Shown piece by piece: positions 25,701 to 39,209 of a DNA stretch of 64,000 bases. The number at the start of each line of letters is the position of its first letter. The stretch's first letter is position 1. Source of the DNA: Chiloscyllium plagiosum (taxonomy: Eukaryota); NCBI RefSeq assembly GCF_004010195.1, contig NC_057733.1, forward strand, positions 2,890,148-2,954,147. Direction: 5' to 3'. The translations under genes and the position numbers were made by a program. Below the pieces are notes generated by a model, which saw nothing but the letters and a program-made list of their open reading frames with translations, did no database searches and was not told the origin of the DNA.

Positions 25701-28700
25701 TTGGAGGTAGTATGGGCTGAAGTCAGAAATAGGAAAGGTGCAGTCACCTTGTTGGGTGTTTACTATAGGCCCCCCAATAGCAGCAGAGATGTGGAGAAAC
25801 AGATTGGGAAACAGATTTTGGAAAGGTGCAGAAGCCACAGGGTAGTAGTCATGGGCGATTTCAACTTCCCAAATATTGATTGGAAGCTCTTTAGATCAAG
25901 TAGATTGGATGGGGCGTTGTTTGTGCAGTGTGTCCAGGAAGCTTTTCTAACTCAATATGTAGATTGTCCGACCAGAGGGGAGGCCATATTGGATTTGGTA
26001 CTTGGTAATGAACCGGGACAAGTGATGGGCTTGTTAGTAGGTGAGCATTTTGGTGATGGTGACCACAATTCTGTGACTTTCACCTTGGTTATGGAGAGAG
26101 ATAGGTGCATGCAACAGGGTAGGCTCTACAATTGGGGGAAGGGTAAATACGATGCTGTAAGACAGGATCTGAGGAGCATAAGTTGGGAGCATAGGCTGTC
26201 AGGGAAGGATGTCGTGGAAATGTGGAACTTTTTCAAGGAACAGACATGACATGTCCTTGATATGTATGTACCTGTCAGGCAGGAAAGAGATGGTCGTATG
26301 AGGGAACCTTGGTTGACGAGGGAGGTTGAATGTCTTGTAAAGAGGAAGAAGGAGGCTTACATAAGGTTGAGGAAACAAGGTTCAGACAGAGCATTGGAGG
26401 GGTACAGGATAGCCAGAAGGGACAGCCAGCACGGATTTGTGAAGGGTAGGTCTTGCCTTACCAGTCTTACTGAATTCTTTGAGGAGGTGACCAAGCATGT
26501 GGATGAGGGTAGAGCAGTGGATGTAATGTACATGTATTTTAGTAAGGCATTTGATAAGGTTCCCCATGGTAGGCTTATGCGGAAAGTCAGGAGGCATGGG
26601 ATAGAGGGAAATTTGGCCAATTGGATAGAAAACTGGCTAACCGGTCGAAGTCAGAGAGTGGTGGTAGATGGTAAATATTCAGCCTGGAGCCCAGTTACAA
26701 GTGGAGTTCCGCAGGGATCAGTTCTGGGTCCTCTGCTGTTTGTAATTTTTATTAATGACTTGGATGAGGGAGTCGAAGTGTGGGTCAGTAAATCTGCAGA
26801 TGATACGAAGATTGGTGGAGTTGTGGATAGTGAGGAGGGCTGTTGTCGGCTGCAAAGAGACTTAGATATGATGCAGAGCTAGACTGAGGAGTGGCAGATG
26901 GAGTTCAACCCTGCCAAGTGTGAGAGTCGTGAAGTGATGTTGCAGCTGTACAGGACCTTGGTTAGGCCACATTTGGAGTAGTGTGTGCAGTTCTGGTCGC
27001 CTCACTTTAGGAAAGATGTGGAAGCTTTGGAGAGGGTGCAGAGAAGATTTACCAGGATGTTGCCTGGAATGGAGAATAGGTCGTACGAGGATAGGTTGAG
27101 AGTGCTAGGCCTTTTCTCGTTGGAACGGCGAAGGATGAGGGGTGACTTGGTAGAGGTTTATAAGATGATCAGAGGAATAGATAGAGTAGACAGTCAGAGA
27201 CTTTTTCTCCGGGTACAACAGAGTGTTACAAGGGGACATAAATTTAAGGTGAAGAGTGGAAGGTATAGGGGGGATGTCAGGGGTGGGTTCTTTACCCAGA
27301 GAGTGGTAGGGGCATGGAATGCACTGCCTGTGGGAGTGGCAGAGTCAGAATCATTGGTGACCTTTAAATGGCAATTGGATAGGTACATGGATGGGTGCTT
27401 AAGCTCGGACAAATGTTCGGCACAACATCGTGGGCCGAAGGGCCTGTTCTGTGCTGTATTGTTCTGTGTTCTATGTACCTACTAGAGAAGGTACAAATCT
27501 TGACCTACTCTTGGGAAATAAGGCAGAGCAGGTGACTGAGGTGTGGGGGGGCACTTTGGAGCCAGCGACCATAATTCTATTAGTTTTAAAAAGTGATGGA
27601 TAAGGATAGACCAAATTTAAAAGTTGAAGTTCTAAATTGGAGGAAGGCTAATTTTGTTGGGAATAAGGCAAAAAATCTCAAAAGCTGATTGGGGGCAGAC
27701 GTTTGCAGGTAAAGGGATGGCTGGAAAATGGGAAACCTTCAGAAATGAGATAACGAGAGTCGACAGACAGTATATTCCTGTTGGGGTGAAAGGCTGGTAG
27801 GTATAGGGAATGCTGGATGACTAAAGAAATTGAGGGTTTGGTTAAGAAGTTTGGTTAAGAAAAAGAAGGAAGCATATGTCAGATATAGACAGGATAGATC
27901 GAGTGAATTCTTAAGAGTATAAAGGCAGTATACCTAAGAGGGAAATTAGGAGGGCAAAAAGGGGACATGAGATAGCTTTGGCAATTAGAGTTAAGGAGAA
28001 ACCAAAGGGTTTTACAAATACATTAAGAACAAAAGGGTAACTACGGAGCAAACAGGGCCCCTCAAAGATCAGCAAGCTGGCCTTTGTGTGGAGCCTTAGG
28101 AGATGGGGGAGATACTAAATGAGTATGTTGCATCATTGTTTGCTGTGGAAAAGAACATGGAAGATATAAAATGGAGGGAAATAAATGGTGACATCTTGAA
28201 AAATGTCCAGAATATAGAGGAGCAATTGCTGGATTTCTTGAAACACATTAAAGTGGATAAATCCCCAGGACCTGATTGGGTGTACCCTAGATCTCTGTGG
28301 AAAGCTAGGGAAGTGATTGCTGGGCCTCTTACTGAGATATTTGTATCATTGATAGTTACAGACAAGGTGCCAGAAGACTGGAGGTTGGCTAACGTGGTGC
28401 CACTATTTAAGAAAGGTGATAAGGACAAGCCAGGGAACTATAGGCCAGTGAGCCTGATGTCAGTGGTGGGCAAGATGTTGGAGGGAATCGTGAGTGACAG
28501 AATGTACATGTATTTGGAAAGGTAAGGACTGATTAGGGATAGTCAACATGGTAAAAACAATGACTGCAGATGCTGGAAACCAGATTCTGGATTAGTGGTG
28601 CTGGAAGAGCACAGCGGTTCACGCAACATGGCTTTGTGCGTGGGAAATCATGTCTCACAAACTTGATTCAGTTTTCTGAAGAAATAACAAAGAGGACTGA

Positions 28701-29870
28701 TAAGAGCAGGGTGGGGACGTGACCTATATGAATTTCAGTAAGGCATTCGACAAGATTCCCCATGGGAGACTGGTTAGCAAGGTTAGATCTCATGAAATAC
28801 AGGGAGAACTAGCCATTTGGATACAGAACTGGCTCAAAGGTAGAAGACAGAGGGTGGTGGTGGAGGGTTGTTTTTCAGACTAGAGGCCTGTGACCAGTGA
28901 AGTGTCACAAGGATTGTTGCTAGGTCCACTATTTTTCGTCATTTATATAAGTAATTTGGATGTGAGCATAACCGATATAGTTAGTAAGATTTGCAGATGA
29001 CACCAAAATTGGAGGTGTAGTGGACGGTGAAGAAGGTTACCTAATGATTACAACAGGATTGTAATCAGATGAGCCAATGGCTGAAGAGTGTGAGATGGAG
29101 TTTAATTCTGAATAAATGCAAGGTGCTGCATTTTGGGAAAGCAAATCAGAGCAGGACTTATACACTTAATGGTAAGGTCCTAGGGAGTGTTGCTGAACAA
29201 CGAGACCTTGGAGTGCAGGTTCATAGCTCCTTTAAAAATAGAGTCACAGGTAGACAGGATAGTGAAGAAAGTGTTTGGTATGCTTTCCTTTATTGGTCAG
29301 AGTATTATGTACAGGAGTTGGGAGGACATGAGTTGGGAGGTTGTACAGGACATTGGTTAGGCCACTTTTGGGATATCGCGTGCAATTCCGGTCTCCTTCC
29401 TATCGGAAAGATGTTGTGAAACTTGAAAGGGTTCAGAAAAGATTTACAAGGATGTTGCCAGGGTTGGAGGATTTGAGCTATAGGGAGTGGTTGAATAGGC
29501 TGAGGCTGCTTTCCCTGGAACATCAGAGGCTGAGGGGTGACGTTATAGAGTTTTATAAAACCATGAGGGGCATGGATAGGATAAATAGACAAAGTCTCCT
29601 CCCTGGGGCAGGGGAGTCCAGGATTAGAGGGTGAGAGGGGAAAGATATTAAAGAAACCTAAGGGGCAACTATTCCACGCAGAGGGTGGTGCGTGTATGGA
29701 ATGAGCTGCCAGAGGAAGTGATGGAGGCTGGTACAATTGCAACATTTAAAAGACATCTGGATGGATATATTAATAGGAAGGGTTTGGAGGGATATGGGCT
29801 GGGTGGTGTCAAATTGGACCAAATTAATTTAGGATATCTGGTCAGCATGGATGAATTGGACAGACGAGTC
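22770..29870 (+). mobile_element. Near full-length degraded CR1 (5' UTR, ORF1 esterase, ORF2 EN+RT) with a nested younger CR1 at ~25093-27476
   Basis: ORF1 SGNH-like VHIGTND...INAWLRSW; APE endonuclease YYRPPN/GDFNF; RT motifs. The host ORF2 resumes at ~27477. Confidence 0.9.
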
Positions 29871-29871
29871 T

Positions 29872-30690
29872 GTTTCCAGATTTCTGGATCAGTGGTGCTG
29901 GAAGAGCACAGCAGTTCAGGCAGCATCCGAGGAGCTTCAAAATCGAAGTTTCGGGCAAAAGCCCTTCATCAGGAATAAAGGCAGCGAGCCTGAAGCGTGG
30001 AGAGATAAGATAGAGGAGGGTGGGGTGGGGAGAGAGCAGCACAGAGCACAACAGGCCAGTGGGGGAGGAGATGAAGGCGATAGGTCAGGGAGGAGAGGGT
30101 GGAGTGGATAGGTGGAAAAGGAGCTAGGCAGGTCGGACAAGTCCGGACAAGACAAGGGACAGTGCTGAGCTGGAGGTTTGAAACTAGGATGAGGTGGGGG
30201 AAGGGGAAAATGAGGAAGCTGTTGAAGTCCACATTGATGCCCTGGGGTTGAAGTGTTCCGAGGCGGAAGATGAGGCGTTCTTCCTCCAGGCGTCTGGTGG
30301 TGAGGGAGCGGCGGTGAAGGAGGCCCAGGACCTCCATGTCCTCGGCAGAGTGGGAGGGGGTGTTGAAATGTTGTCCGGAAACCCTGCACTGCCCGGTTCT
30401 ACCTCCCTCCCAAGATCCACAAGCCTGACCACCCTGGCCGACCCATTCTCTCAGCATGCTCCTGCCCCACTGAACTCATCTCTACCTACCTCGACACTGT
30501 CCTATCCCCCCTAGTCCAGGAACTCCCCACATACGTTCGAGGCGGATGATTTGGTTTATGCGAAGGTTTGTAGAGTGGAAGGTGAGCACCAGGGGCGTTC
30601 TGTCCTTGTTACGGTTGAAGGGGTGGGGTCTGAGGGCGGAGGTGCGGGATGTGGACGAGATGCGTTGGAGATGCGATGAGTCTGTTTCCA
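29872..30690 (-). mobile_element. Penelope-like element fragment (GIY-YIG endonuclease C-terminus plus terminal repeat with HHR motif)
   Basis: HFNTPSHS...RRLEEERLIFRLGTLQPQGIN. CTGATGA..GAAA motif at 29941-29976. Confidence 0.85.
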
Positions 30691-31099
30691 TGCTGGTCAT
30701 CTCTACAACTCCACGACTCTTAACTGTGAATGCTGTAAATCAGAAACAAAAACAGAAGTTGCTGGTAAAGTTCAGCAGGTCTGGCAGCATTTGTGAAGAG
30801 AAATCTGAGTTAACGTTTCAGGTCCAGTGACCCTTCCTCAGAACTGATGTTAGCTCATGAAATGTTGGTTTGTATGCACAAGATAGAGTGGGGAGGAGGT
30901 AAAGAATAAGTTGGCATAGAGCCCAAAGAGAGAGAAGAACAGTTGGACAGACAAGGAGTGGATAATGATCTGTCTAGGAAGCAGTGCCAACAACATCATC
31001 AATATATCAGAGAAAGAGTTGTGGGTGAGGGCCAGAATAGGACTGGAACAAGGAATGTTCCACGTACTCCACAAAGAGACAGGCATAACTGGGGCCCAT

Positions 31100-32550
31100 G
31101 AACTCACCCTGAAAATGGCAGATATGGGGAACGATTATTTTGCTTCAGTATTCACAGCAGAAAAGGAGGGTCGCTTGCTGGAAGATCCATGGAAATTAGC
31201 ACAGGATCAAAGATAAGGTCTAAATACAATTAGCTTAGAGTCATCAAAGTGGGGAAATTAATGGAACGGAAGAGAGTGACAAATCTTCAGGACCTGACGG
31301 TTTCGATCCACAGGTTAGGTGGTAGGAAAGCATATTATCTTTCAGTTTCTTGGATTCAGTTCTACCTCTAGATTGGAAATTTGCTCATTGGCTCCTCTCT
31401 TTAAGGTTGACAGAGGGAACCCATGGAACTCCAGACCAGTTAGCCTAAGATCTGCAATGGAAATTATTGATGTCTAAAATCAAGAATAAGGTAACATATT
31501 TTCAAGGTGATCAGGAAGAGTCCGCATGGATTCTTGAAGGGTATGTCATGCCTGATAAAAGGAGGTGATGTTGGTTATGGACTTCCAGAAGGTTTCTGAT
31601 AAAGTCCTAGACAAGAGAAATTATTGATACAGATAGGAAATTTATTAAGTGGAGGAAAGTTGGAATAATAGATAAGTACTCAAATTAGTCAGATGTGACT
31701 AGTGGTGTCATGTTATTCACAATGTCACAATGACCCAGAAAAGGCATAACAAGTCAAATATATAAATTTGTTGCAGCATGTGCAGTTGGATTTAATATAA
31801 GTATGTGTGGGGTTATCTATTTCCGATCAAAAAAGAATAGAATACTTTTTTATTAGAAGGCATTTATTAGAATATAGTTAATGTCCAATGAGATTTGGGG
31901 TTCAGGTACACAGCTCTTTAAAATGCCATGAACAAGAGTAGAAAATAGTAAAGAAAACTAATGAATGCTGGCCTTCATATCTAAATGGCTGGGGTATAAA
32001 GATGCAGATGTTAATCTGAATTTGTACAAAAACTCTAGTTAGACCCCATTCGAGTAACGTGAGCAGATCTGAGTAGCATCCGTTAGGAAGGATGTTTTGG
32101 TCATAAAGGGAGTTCAAGGTTTACAAGGATGATATCTTGACTTCAAAGTTTAGGTTGTGAGGAGTGAATAGACAAATTGGGCCGTTATTGTCTAGAATTT
32201 AGAATGTTAACAGGATATTAACAGGGAAGAGTACAGTAGATAAAGATAAACTATTTCCACTGGTTGAAGCTTATAAAACAGGGGGCAGAGTCTAAGAATT
32301 AGAGTCAGGCCATTCAGGAGACATGTTAGAAAGTACATGCAAAGAATGATGGAGGTTTGGAAATCTCTTCCTCAAAAATTGATCGTTGCTAGTTCAACTG
32401 TTAAATTTAAATCTAAGACAATTTTTTTTTAAGCAGGAGTATCGAGAGATATGGGACCATGGTAGGCATATGGAATTAGGCTACAGATCAATTGTGATCT
32501 TATTGAAGGACAAAACAGGTTTATAGGGCTGAATGGTCAACTCCAGTTCC
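31100..32550 (+). mobile_element. Highly decayed CR1 ORF2
   Basis: Residual KSSGPD, DFQKVSDKV and LYKTLVRPH segments. Confidence 0.65.
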
Positions 32551-33539
32551 TACCAGAAACATAACAGGCATACAAATAGTGTGACAATGACAGCAGATCA
32601 AAGATTTTTCAGTGAATAACTTATCTATTCACTCCCCAAAATATGGAGAAAGTGAGGACTACAGATGCTGAAGATCAGAGTCGAAGAGTGTGGTACTGAA
32701 AAAGCATAGCCGGTCAGGCAGCATCCAAGGAGCAGGATAATAGATGTTTCGAGCATAAGTCCTTCATCAGGAAATTCCATCTCCAAAATGTGTCCACCAT
32801 TTACAAAGCACAAGGCAGGAGTATGATTGAATATTTTCGATTTGTCTGGTTGGGTGCAGCTCCAACAATACTCAAGGGGTTCACAACATCCAAGCAGAGC
32901 AGCCCAGTTGATCACCATCCCATCCACAGTGATACACAGAGACAGCACAGCATACCATCTTGAAGGACAAGATACATCGTTATACCACCACCTACATATT
33001 CTCCTCCAAGCCACACACCATCTTAATGTGGAACAATATACTAATGTCGCAATATGAAAATCTTGGAATTTCCTCCCTAACACCACCGTTCACCCCTTGC
33101 AGTTGAAGGAGGCAGCCTACCACAAACTTTGCAAGATAAATCAGAGGTTATGTAATAAATGATCTCCTTGCCAATGAAGCCCACATCACAACAACAAAAA
33201 TGTTGAGTGCAGCTTATCATGTCAAGAGCAGAAAGACAAGTTCTTTAATCCACTCTCCAACGTATTCTGTGTTATAATCACACATAGCGGAAGATATGTT
33301 AATTGGCATGAAGAACTTCACACCAACACTAATTAAAGGGATCATAAACTACCTATACATTTGCTGGTGGATTAATTCCTCTAGATGTTCATGCAATTTT
33401 CCTGTATTTCATTGTCTGAATAGTATAGAAGAGTGGTCCAACTGATGCTAGAATACTTATTCATTTAAAATCTTGTGCTGAATAAAGTTGCTTGCACTCG
33501 TCGGTATCTGCTTGACCTTCTTCTGGGAATTGAGCATAA

Positions 33540-33830
33540 CTGGGGCATGAAAGAAGGCATGCAAAGCATGCAAACTGCTGGAAAATGGAGGGAGAAAAGA
33601 GCTCTTGGTAGGAGGCCTTATCCACATTGGGTATTCAGAGAGCAGTTCTCTTACCTCAACTTTAACAGGAGACAACATTTGAGATATTATAATTTTACAA
33701 CAGAACTAAAATCTGTCATCTGCTGCTGCAGCCATAACGGCAGCCACAAAGCACAACAACGGCAGCATTGATGGGGGAATATCATGATGACCATGGCTCC
33801 TAACTCATATGATACAGAATCGTACGATAA
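33540..33830 (+). mobile_element. Possible PIF/Harbinger transposase N-terminal remnant
   Basis: RRPYPHWVFREQFSYLNF..RQHLRYYNFT resembles HARBI1-like transposase N-termini; short and degenerate. Confidence 0.45.
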
Positions 33831-33939
33831 TTAGAATACAGGGGCCAATTCAGGGATCATTATGACTATGCTAACTCTGTAGAATAGCAACTCAGCTAGT
33901 CCCACGTTTTTTCACTTGCCATTATCCACCGATTCCAGT

Positions 33940-34900
33940 TTTGCTAGGGTTCCTTGATCACGGTATCGAATGTGGCACTAATGTGAAGAATTGTTGCTCT
34001 CACCTTACCTCTGGAATTCAGCTCTTTCATCCATGTTGAGTTATTTAATTCTCCACCACAATTTACAACTAGATGTAGCTGAGCTGCAGAGCTTAGATAT
34101 GATCTGCTGTCTATCACTTGCTGTTTACCATGCAAGTAGTCCAGTTCGGTGGCTTCATCAGGTTAACACCTCATTTTTAGGTATGCCTGAAGCTGCTCTT
34201 GGCATGCCCTCCTGCATTCTGCATTGAACCAGGGTTGATCCCTGATTTGATTGCAATAGTTGAGTGGGGATATGCCAGGCTATGAGGTTGCACATTGCGA
34301 GTTGCTAGATCTATTTGAAGTCGGTGCTACTTAGCACAGTGATAATCATAGAATCAACACAGATGGACAGCATTCTCAATGTGAAAGCAGAGCTTTGTCT
34401 CCTAAAAGACTGTGTAGTGATCACTTTTACCATTTACTGTCATTGACAGACGCATCTGCAACCAATAGATTGGTAAGGGTGAGGTCAAGTATGTTTTTCC
34501 TCACTGTTGGTTCCATCACCAGCTGCTGCAGACCTAGTCTAGCAGCTATGTTCTTTTAGGACCCAACCAGCTCCATCAGTAGTGTTGCGGCTGCCACTCT
34601 TGGTGGTGGACATTGAAATCCCACACCCAGAATAATTTTGTGTCCTTGCCAACCTTGGTGCTTCCAAGTGTTGTTCAACATGGAGGCGCACTGATTCATC
34701 AACTGAGGGAGGACAGTATGTAATAATCAGCAGGAAGTTTCCTTGATCACACTTAACCTGAAGTCATAAGACTTCATGGAGTCCACAGTCAATGTTGAGG
34801 ACTCCCAAGGAAACTGCCTTCCAACGGTATGCCACTGTCCTGCTAGAGTGATGGTGATGACAGTGTCTGTAAGGTATGATTCCCTGTTTCTACCATTGAC
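33940..34900 (-). mobile_element. Decayed L2/CR1-group LINE fragment
   Basis: Similar to the 5165-5640 family (LHISATFD; endonuclease GDFNVHHQEW remnant). Confidence 0.6.
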
Positions 34901-36132
34901 CTAGGCAAGGCAAAAGATAATGCCATATGGTCCATCCAGTTCCATTTCTTTGTTGAGACTTTGTAGTGATTGATACAACTGGCTTGCGAGACTATTTCAG
35001 AGGGCAGTTGAAAGTAATCACATTGCTGTAGATCTGGAGTCACATGTCAATCAGACCAGGTGAGATGGCAGATTTCCTTCCCTTAAGGATAGTAGTAAGC
35101 CAGATGAGTTTTACAAAAATCAACAATGGTTTTATGGTCATTAGTAGATTCTTAATTTCAGATTTTTAAAATTGCATTCAAATTCCACCATCTGCTTTGG
35201 CTGGATTTGAACCCAAATCATTATTGGAGTTTCTGAATTAATAGTCTAGCGCCAGTGTTCCCAAAGTGGCTGAAACAGTGTCATGTACAACTCCATGATG
35301 ACATTCTGATAGTCAATGCACTGACCAATAAAGGCAAGCATTCCAAATGCTTTCTTCACCATTAGTCCAGCTGTTTAATTCTAAATTTATTAACTAAATT
35401 CAAATTACACCATCTGTAGCAGTGGGATTCAAACCCCTCCTCCGAGTATAGCAGCCAGTTCTGCTGGATTATTAGTCCAATGTCACCACTAACCATGACA
35501 GTGTGTGGTATCTCTTCCATCCTCAATTAAATATTTGTCTTATGCTAGGTCTTACTGTTCAATGTATTCCACAAGTGAGTGGGCACACTATTCACTTAGC
35601 AATTCAGTTTGCTAGTGACACACAACTCAAAAGTGCAGTAAACAGGTGGGGAAATTGTAACAGGCTTCAGGGTGAGGACACAGACTGTTGTGACAGGCAT
35701 CCCTCTGACAGGAGTGCGGTTGCCAATGTGAGAAGACTGTGTTATTTTCGGTCATGTTGATTAACAGATGGACATTAGCCAGGGCACTGGGAAGACCACC
35801 CAGCGCGTTTTGTTATTTTGTTTTCTGGGGGAAGGAGGAACCGAGCAACACCAGGATCTTAACGTTTAAACGGAAACCGAATAAATGTCTGAAGGGAGAG
35901 AAGTGGCAGAGGGTTGGCAAAACCGCGGGACGTTTTCAACCGCTACGATGGGCCGAATAGCCTCACCCTGGGACTGTGTCGTTCTATATAATTGATAAAT
36001 ACAATCAGATTCGATCATAAATAACCGTTAATATAAATGCAGCTATTTTGTGTAACCGACAAGAGTACATCAGGTTAAAACTCCGAGCCGAGGGTCTGCA
36101 GCCGGAGCCGGGTTTGCTGTCCCTGCCGTTAC

Positions 36133-36170
36133 CTCTGGTTACCGGGCTCCCCCGGTCTGTTGACCGCCAT
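36133..36170 (-). CDS. WBP2/WBP2NL-like GRAM-domain protein, coding exon 1 (MAVNRPGEPGNQ-S)
   Basis: ATG at 36170 in a CpG-rich patch. Donor AG|GTAACG at 36132. The 38 nt end in phase 2 and join exon 2 to make Ser. The MAVN start resembles WBP2 (MALN) and WBP2NL (MAVN). Confidence 0.75.
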
Positions 36171-36174
36171 CTCT

Positions 36175-36270
36175 CCGCCGGACTGAGGGACAGAAACATC
36201 GAGAAACCGGTCGGCCCCGCCCCCTTTTACGGGGACACGCCCCCTCTCCGCCTCTTAAAGGGACACGCAC
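36175..36270 (-). promoter_or_regulatory. CpG-rich promoter of the WBP2-like gene with a GC box
   Basis: Local CpG enrichment. Sp1-type GGGGCGGGGC on the minus strand at ~36214-36223, just upstream of the ATG. Confidence 0.55.
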
Positions 36271-36339
36271 CAGCCCCCAGGCTCCACCTCACCCTACCTC
36301 ACAAACACCTCAACAAGGCAATGACCTATAACACAGGCC

Positions 36340-36760
36340 CAGATCAGAGCGGTGCTGGAAAAGCGCAGCAGGTCAGGCAGCATCTGAGGAGCAGGAGAAT
36401 GGACATTTCGGGGAAAAGCCCTTCATCAGGAATTGAGGCAGGGAGCCTGCAGGGTGGAGAGATAAATGAGGGGGGGGAAGAAAGTAGCTTAGAGTACAAT
36501 AGATGAATGGGGGTGCGGATGGAGGTGACAGGTCAGAGAGGAGGGTGGGGGGAGGTAGCAAAGAGTACAATGGGTGGATGGGGGTGCGGATGGAGGTGAT
36601 AGGTCAGGGAGGAGAGGGTGGCGTGGATAGGTGGGAAGGAAGATAGGCAGGTAGGACAGGTCATGGGGACAGTGCTGAGCTGGAAGGCTGGAACTGGGAG
36701 GGGAAAATGAGGAAACTGGTGAAATCCACATTGATGCCCTGGGGTTGAAGTGTTCTGAGA
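36340..36760 (-). mobile_element. Penelope-like terminal fragment immediately upstream of the WBP2-like promoter
   Basis: Same terminal repeat as 29872-30260. HHR-like CTGATGAAGGGCTTTTCCCCGAAATGTC at ~36402-36430. Confidence 0.8.
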
Positions 36761-39016
36761 CACGGGCGTCAACGAGCGCACAACCTGATTCAAGATGTAT
36801 AAAAAGTTTGACGAGTCTCACCAGTTCAAAGCGCAGATGCTTTCACATTTTGCACTCTTTTGATGTTACTGAATATTTCCCATGTTAACTACATAATTTG
36901 TTAGGCTTCCCTTCAACGTCATGTCAAAGTGTGAAAATTTCAACCACTGAACATCAACTCCAAATTCACTAGTGGGATAGAACTCCTGATCCTATAACCA
37001 CCCTGGGGCTAATTCTTACTTCCTACTTGACTCTATGAGCCAAGAGCTAGAGGAATTGATGATCTCCAAAGTCATTACGAGAACTTTCTAACGCCAACCC
37101 AGGTGTTTCAACTCTTGGTAGATAAGCAGGAGGCTGGAAGAACACAACAAACAAGGCAGCATCAGGAGGTGGAGAAGTGGACATTCCCGAAACATTGACT
37201 TCTCCACCTCCTGATGCTGCCTGGCTTTTTTTGTTCCTCCTGCTAGTCTACTTTGGATTCCAGCATCTGCAGTTTTTATTTTGTGTCTAAATAAGTTTCG
37301 AGTTTTAGAACAGTTCCTTCTCCAGGTTGCAAGAAATTTACAGTTCATTTTAAAGAACAGGGATAAGGTATATCTTTCTGCCTTATGTCTTATTCATTCT
37401 CAGGAGGTGGATATCATTGGCATTGTCAGCATTTAATGTCCACCTTCCCCTGTCCTGAGAAAGCATAGTGTGAGATATTACCAGCTGGTTTATAATGCTA
37501 CTATAGAAGCCAGTTGAGTCAAGCACATTAGTAAAGACACTGAAGTAATATAAGAATGGCAGATTTCGTTTCCAAGACCACATTAAATAAACAATTGGGT
37601 TTTACAAGAATCTAAAAGCTCCATAATCACTTTTACTGACACGAGCTTTAAAATTCTTTAATTTTTACCTGAATTCCAATTTTTAAACTCCTACACTGGG
37701 ATTTGACCTCAATCACTGGTTACTAACCTGTATTACTTTGGCACTGCAATTTGCTTTTTTTTTAATTGACTGGGCAGAATTAATCTCACTTTTTCATTTC
37801 TTTCCTAGCACAAGCCATTTTGAAGTGGAGGATACTAAACTTCCCCATAATTTTGCAGCAACAAAGCCAGAAAATAACTTAGATTTAGAGAAACATTTAC
37901 ACTTTATTCCAACAATTTTATGAGACCAGTTATTACCTTTCCAAATGTTCTGACAAAGATGTCACCAGTGAATATGGTGGCTGGGCAGAAGCAACAGCAA
38001 GACAAACTATGAAGTGAAAATTAAATTCAACTTCCCTCCTCTAGAGAGTGAGCTGCTGTGAAGCAGGGAATACCTTTGGTCACTAACACTGAAGAGGTTG
38101 CAATTCCACCGCACTGGAATAAAGAATTATTAGCATCCAGTCTCAGAAACAACTTGTTAAACAATTAGCACCGTTTTCTGTGGGATAAATTTTGGCTGTT
38201 TGAAATTTGACATGCTTGTGTTTGTTCTGATGACAGCAAGATGAGAAGCTTCAGCAATCAGTCAGCAATAATTCTATTTACATCATGCCCTTTCCAACTT
38301 CAAGGTTTCTGAAAGCACTTTTGCATGTGTCACAGGTGACGTTAGAAAGCTTGCAGCCAATTTATGGACATGCTCCCACGAACAGTAATCAGATAATGAC
38401 CAGATAATTTGCTCTTACATTATTGATCTTAGATTATATTGAATAAAAAATTACAATTCTTCAGCTTGAAAGGATTTCTCAGAGTACAAAGCACAAATAG
38501 AATAGAGAAACTGAAACATTATTTTAAACATTGGACTAGGAAACTGTTGATGCCAAATAACAATAGGTAGGAGAGATAACTCAATTCAGATGTCCACTTA
38601 ACTCTCCAGAACTCACTGGGAAATATCAGGTGATCAGCTGTGGCACCCTGACACCGAATACCTTGTTGATTCTCATCTAGACTGTAGACATAGCCACTTG
38701 GATGAGATAGTGGAGAACATACAACCCCTATAGTTGTGGTCTAGTGTGGGTCAGCACCTTCAAGAGATGAGAACAAAGAGAGAAATTGCTAGCTATACAG
38801 TAACCAGAAATGTTGTGGAGGTGCTGGTGGTGGCCTGGGATGGACAAAGTCAAAAATCATACTTCACCAGGTTATAGTCCAACAGGTTTATTTGAAATCA
38901 CAAGCTTTTGGAGCAATGCTCCTTCATCAGCTCCAAAAGCTTGTGATTCCAAATAAACTTGTTGGACAGTACCCAATAACACAAAGGGGAGCACTCACTC
39001 AACACTGAGCTTGAGT

Positions 39017-39022
39017 TTTATT
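39017..39022 (-). terminator. ATP5PD: ATP5PD polyadenylation signal AATAAA
   Basis: tttatt on the plus strand, ~55 nt past the stop codon. Confidence 0.7.
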
Positions 39023-39077
39023 TTACAAGATATAGTTACAGCTGCAGACAGCACAAACAGTGGGGAGCAGGGGACAT

Positions 39078-39209
39078 TTACAGTTCACTGATGGGCTTGT
39101 GCGGCCAGAAGGGATACTTTTCCTTGTCCAGTTTAGTTTCAGGGAAAGCATCATTCAGATCCTCAATGGTCATCTGGTCAAATGGAATCATGCTTTTGAA
39201 TTTCGTCAA
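39078..39209 (-). CDS. ATP5PD: ATP synthase peripheral stalk subunit d, last coding exon (LTKFKSMIPFDQMTIEDLNDAFPETKLDKEKYPFWPHKPISEL*)
   Basis: Acceptor gttttccag, TAA at 39080-39078. Near-identical to the known subunit d C-terminus. The five coding exons sum to 486 nt = 161 aa + stop. Confidence 0.97.
   Translation of the reverse strand: MTKFKSMIPFDQMTIEDLNDAFPETKLDKEKYPFWPHKPISEL

Noticed and set aside
36048-36506. 152-aa plus-strand ORF across the CpG patch
   Set aside because: It is antisense to the WBP2-like exon 1 and promoter and runs into a Penelope repeat, with no homology.
1-39000. Expected MRPL58 (ICT1) or CDR2L exons downstream of ATP5PD, based on human synteny
   Set aside because: I could not find matching exons by eye; a WBP2-like gene occupies the region. 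A tBLASTn search would be needed to exclude small exons.
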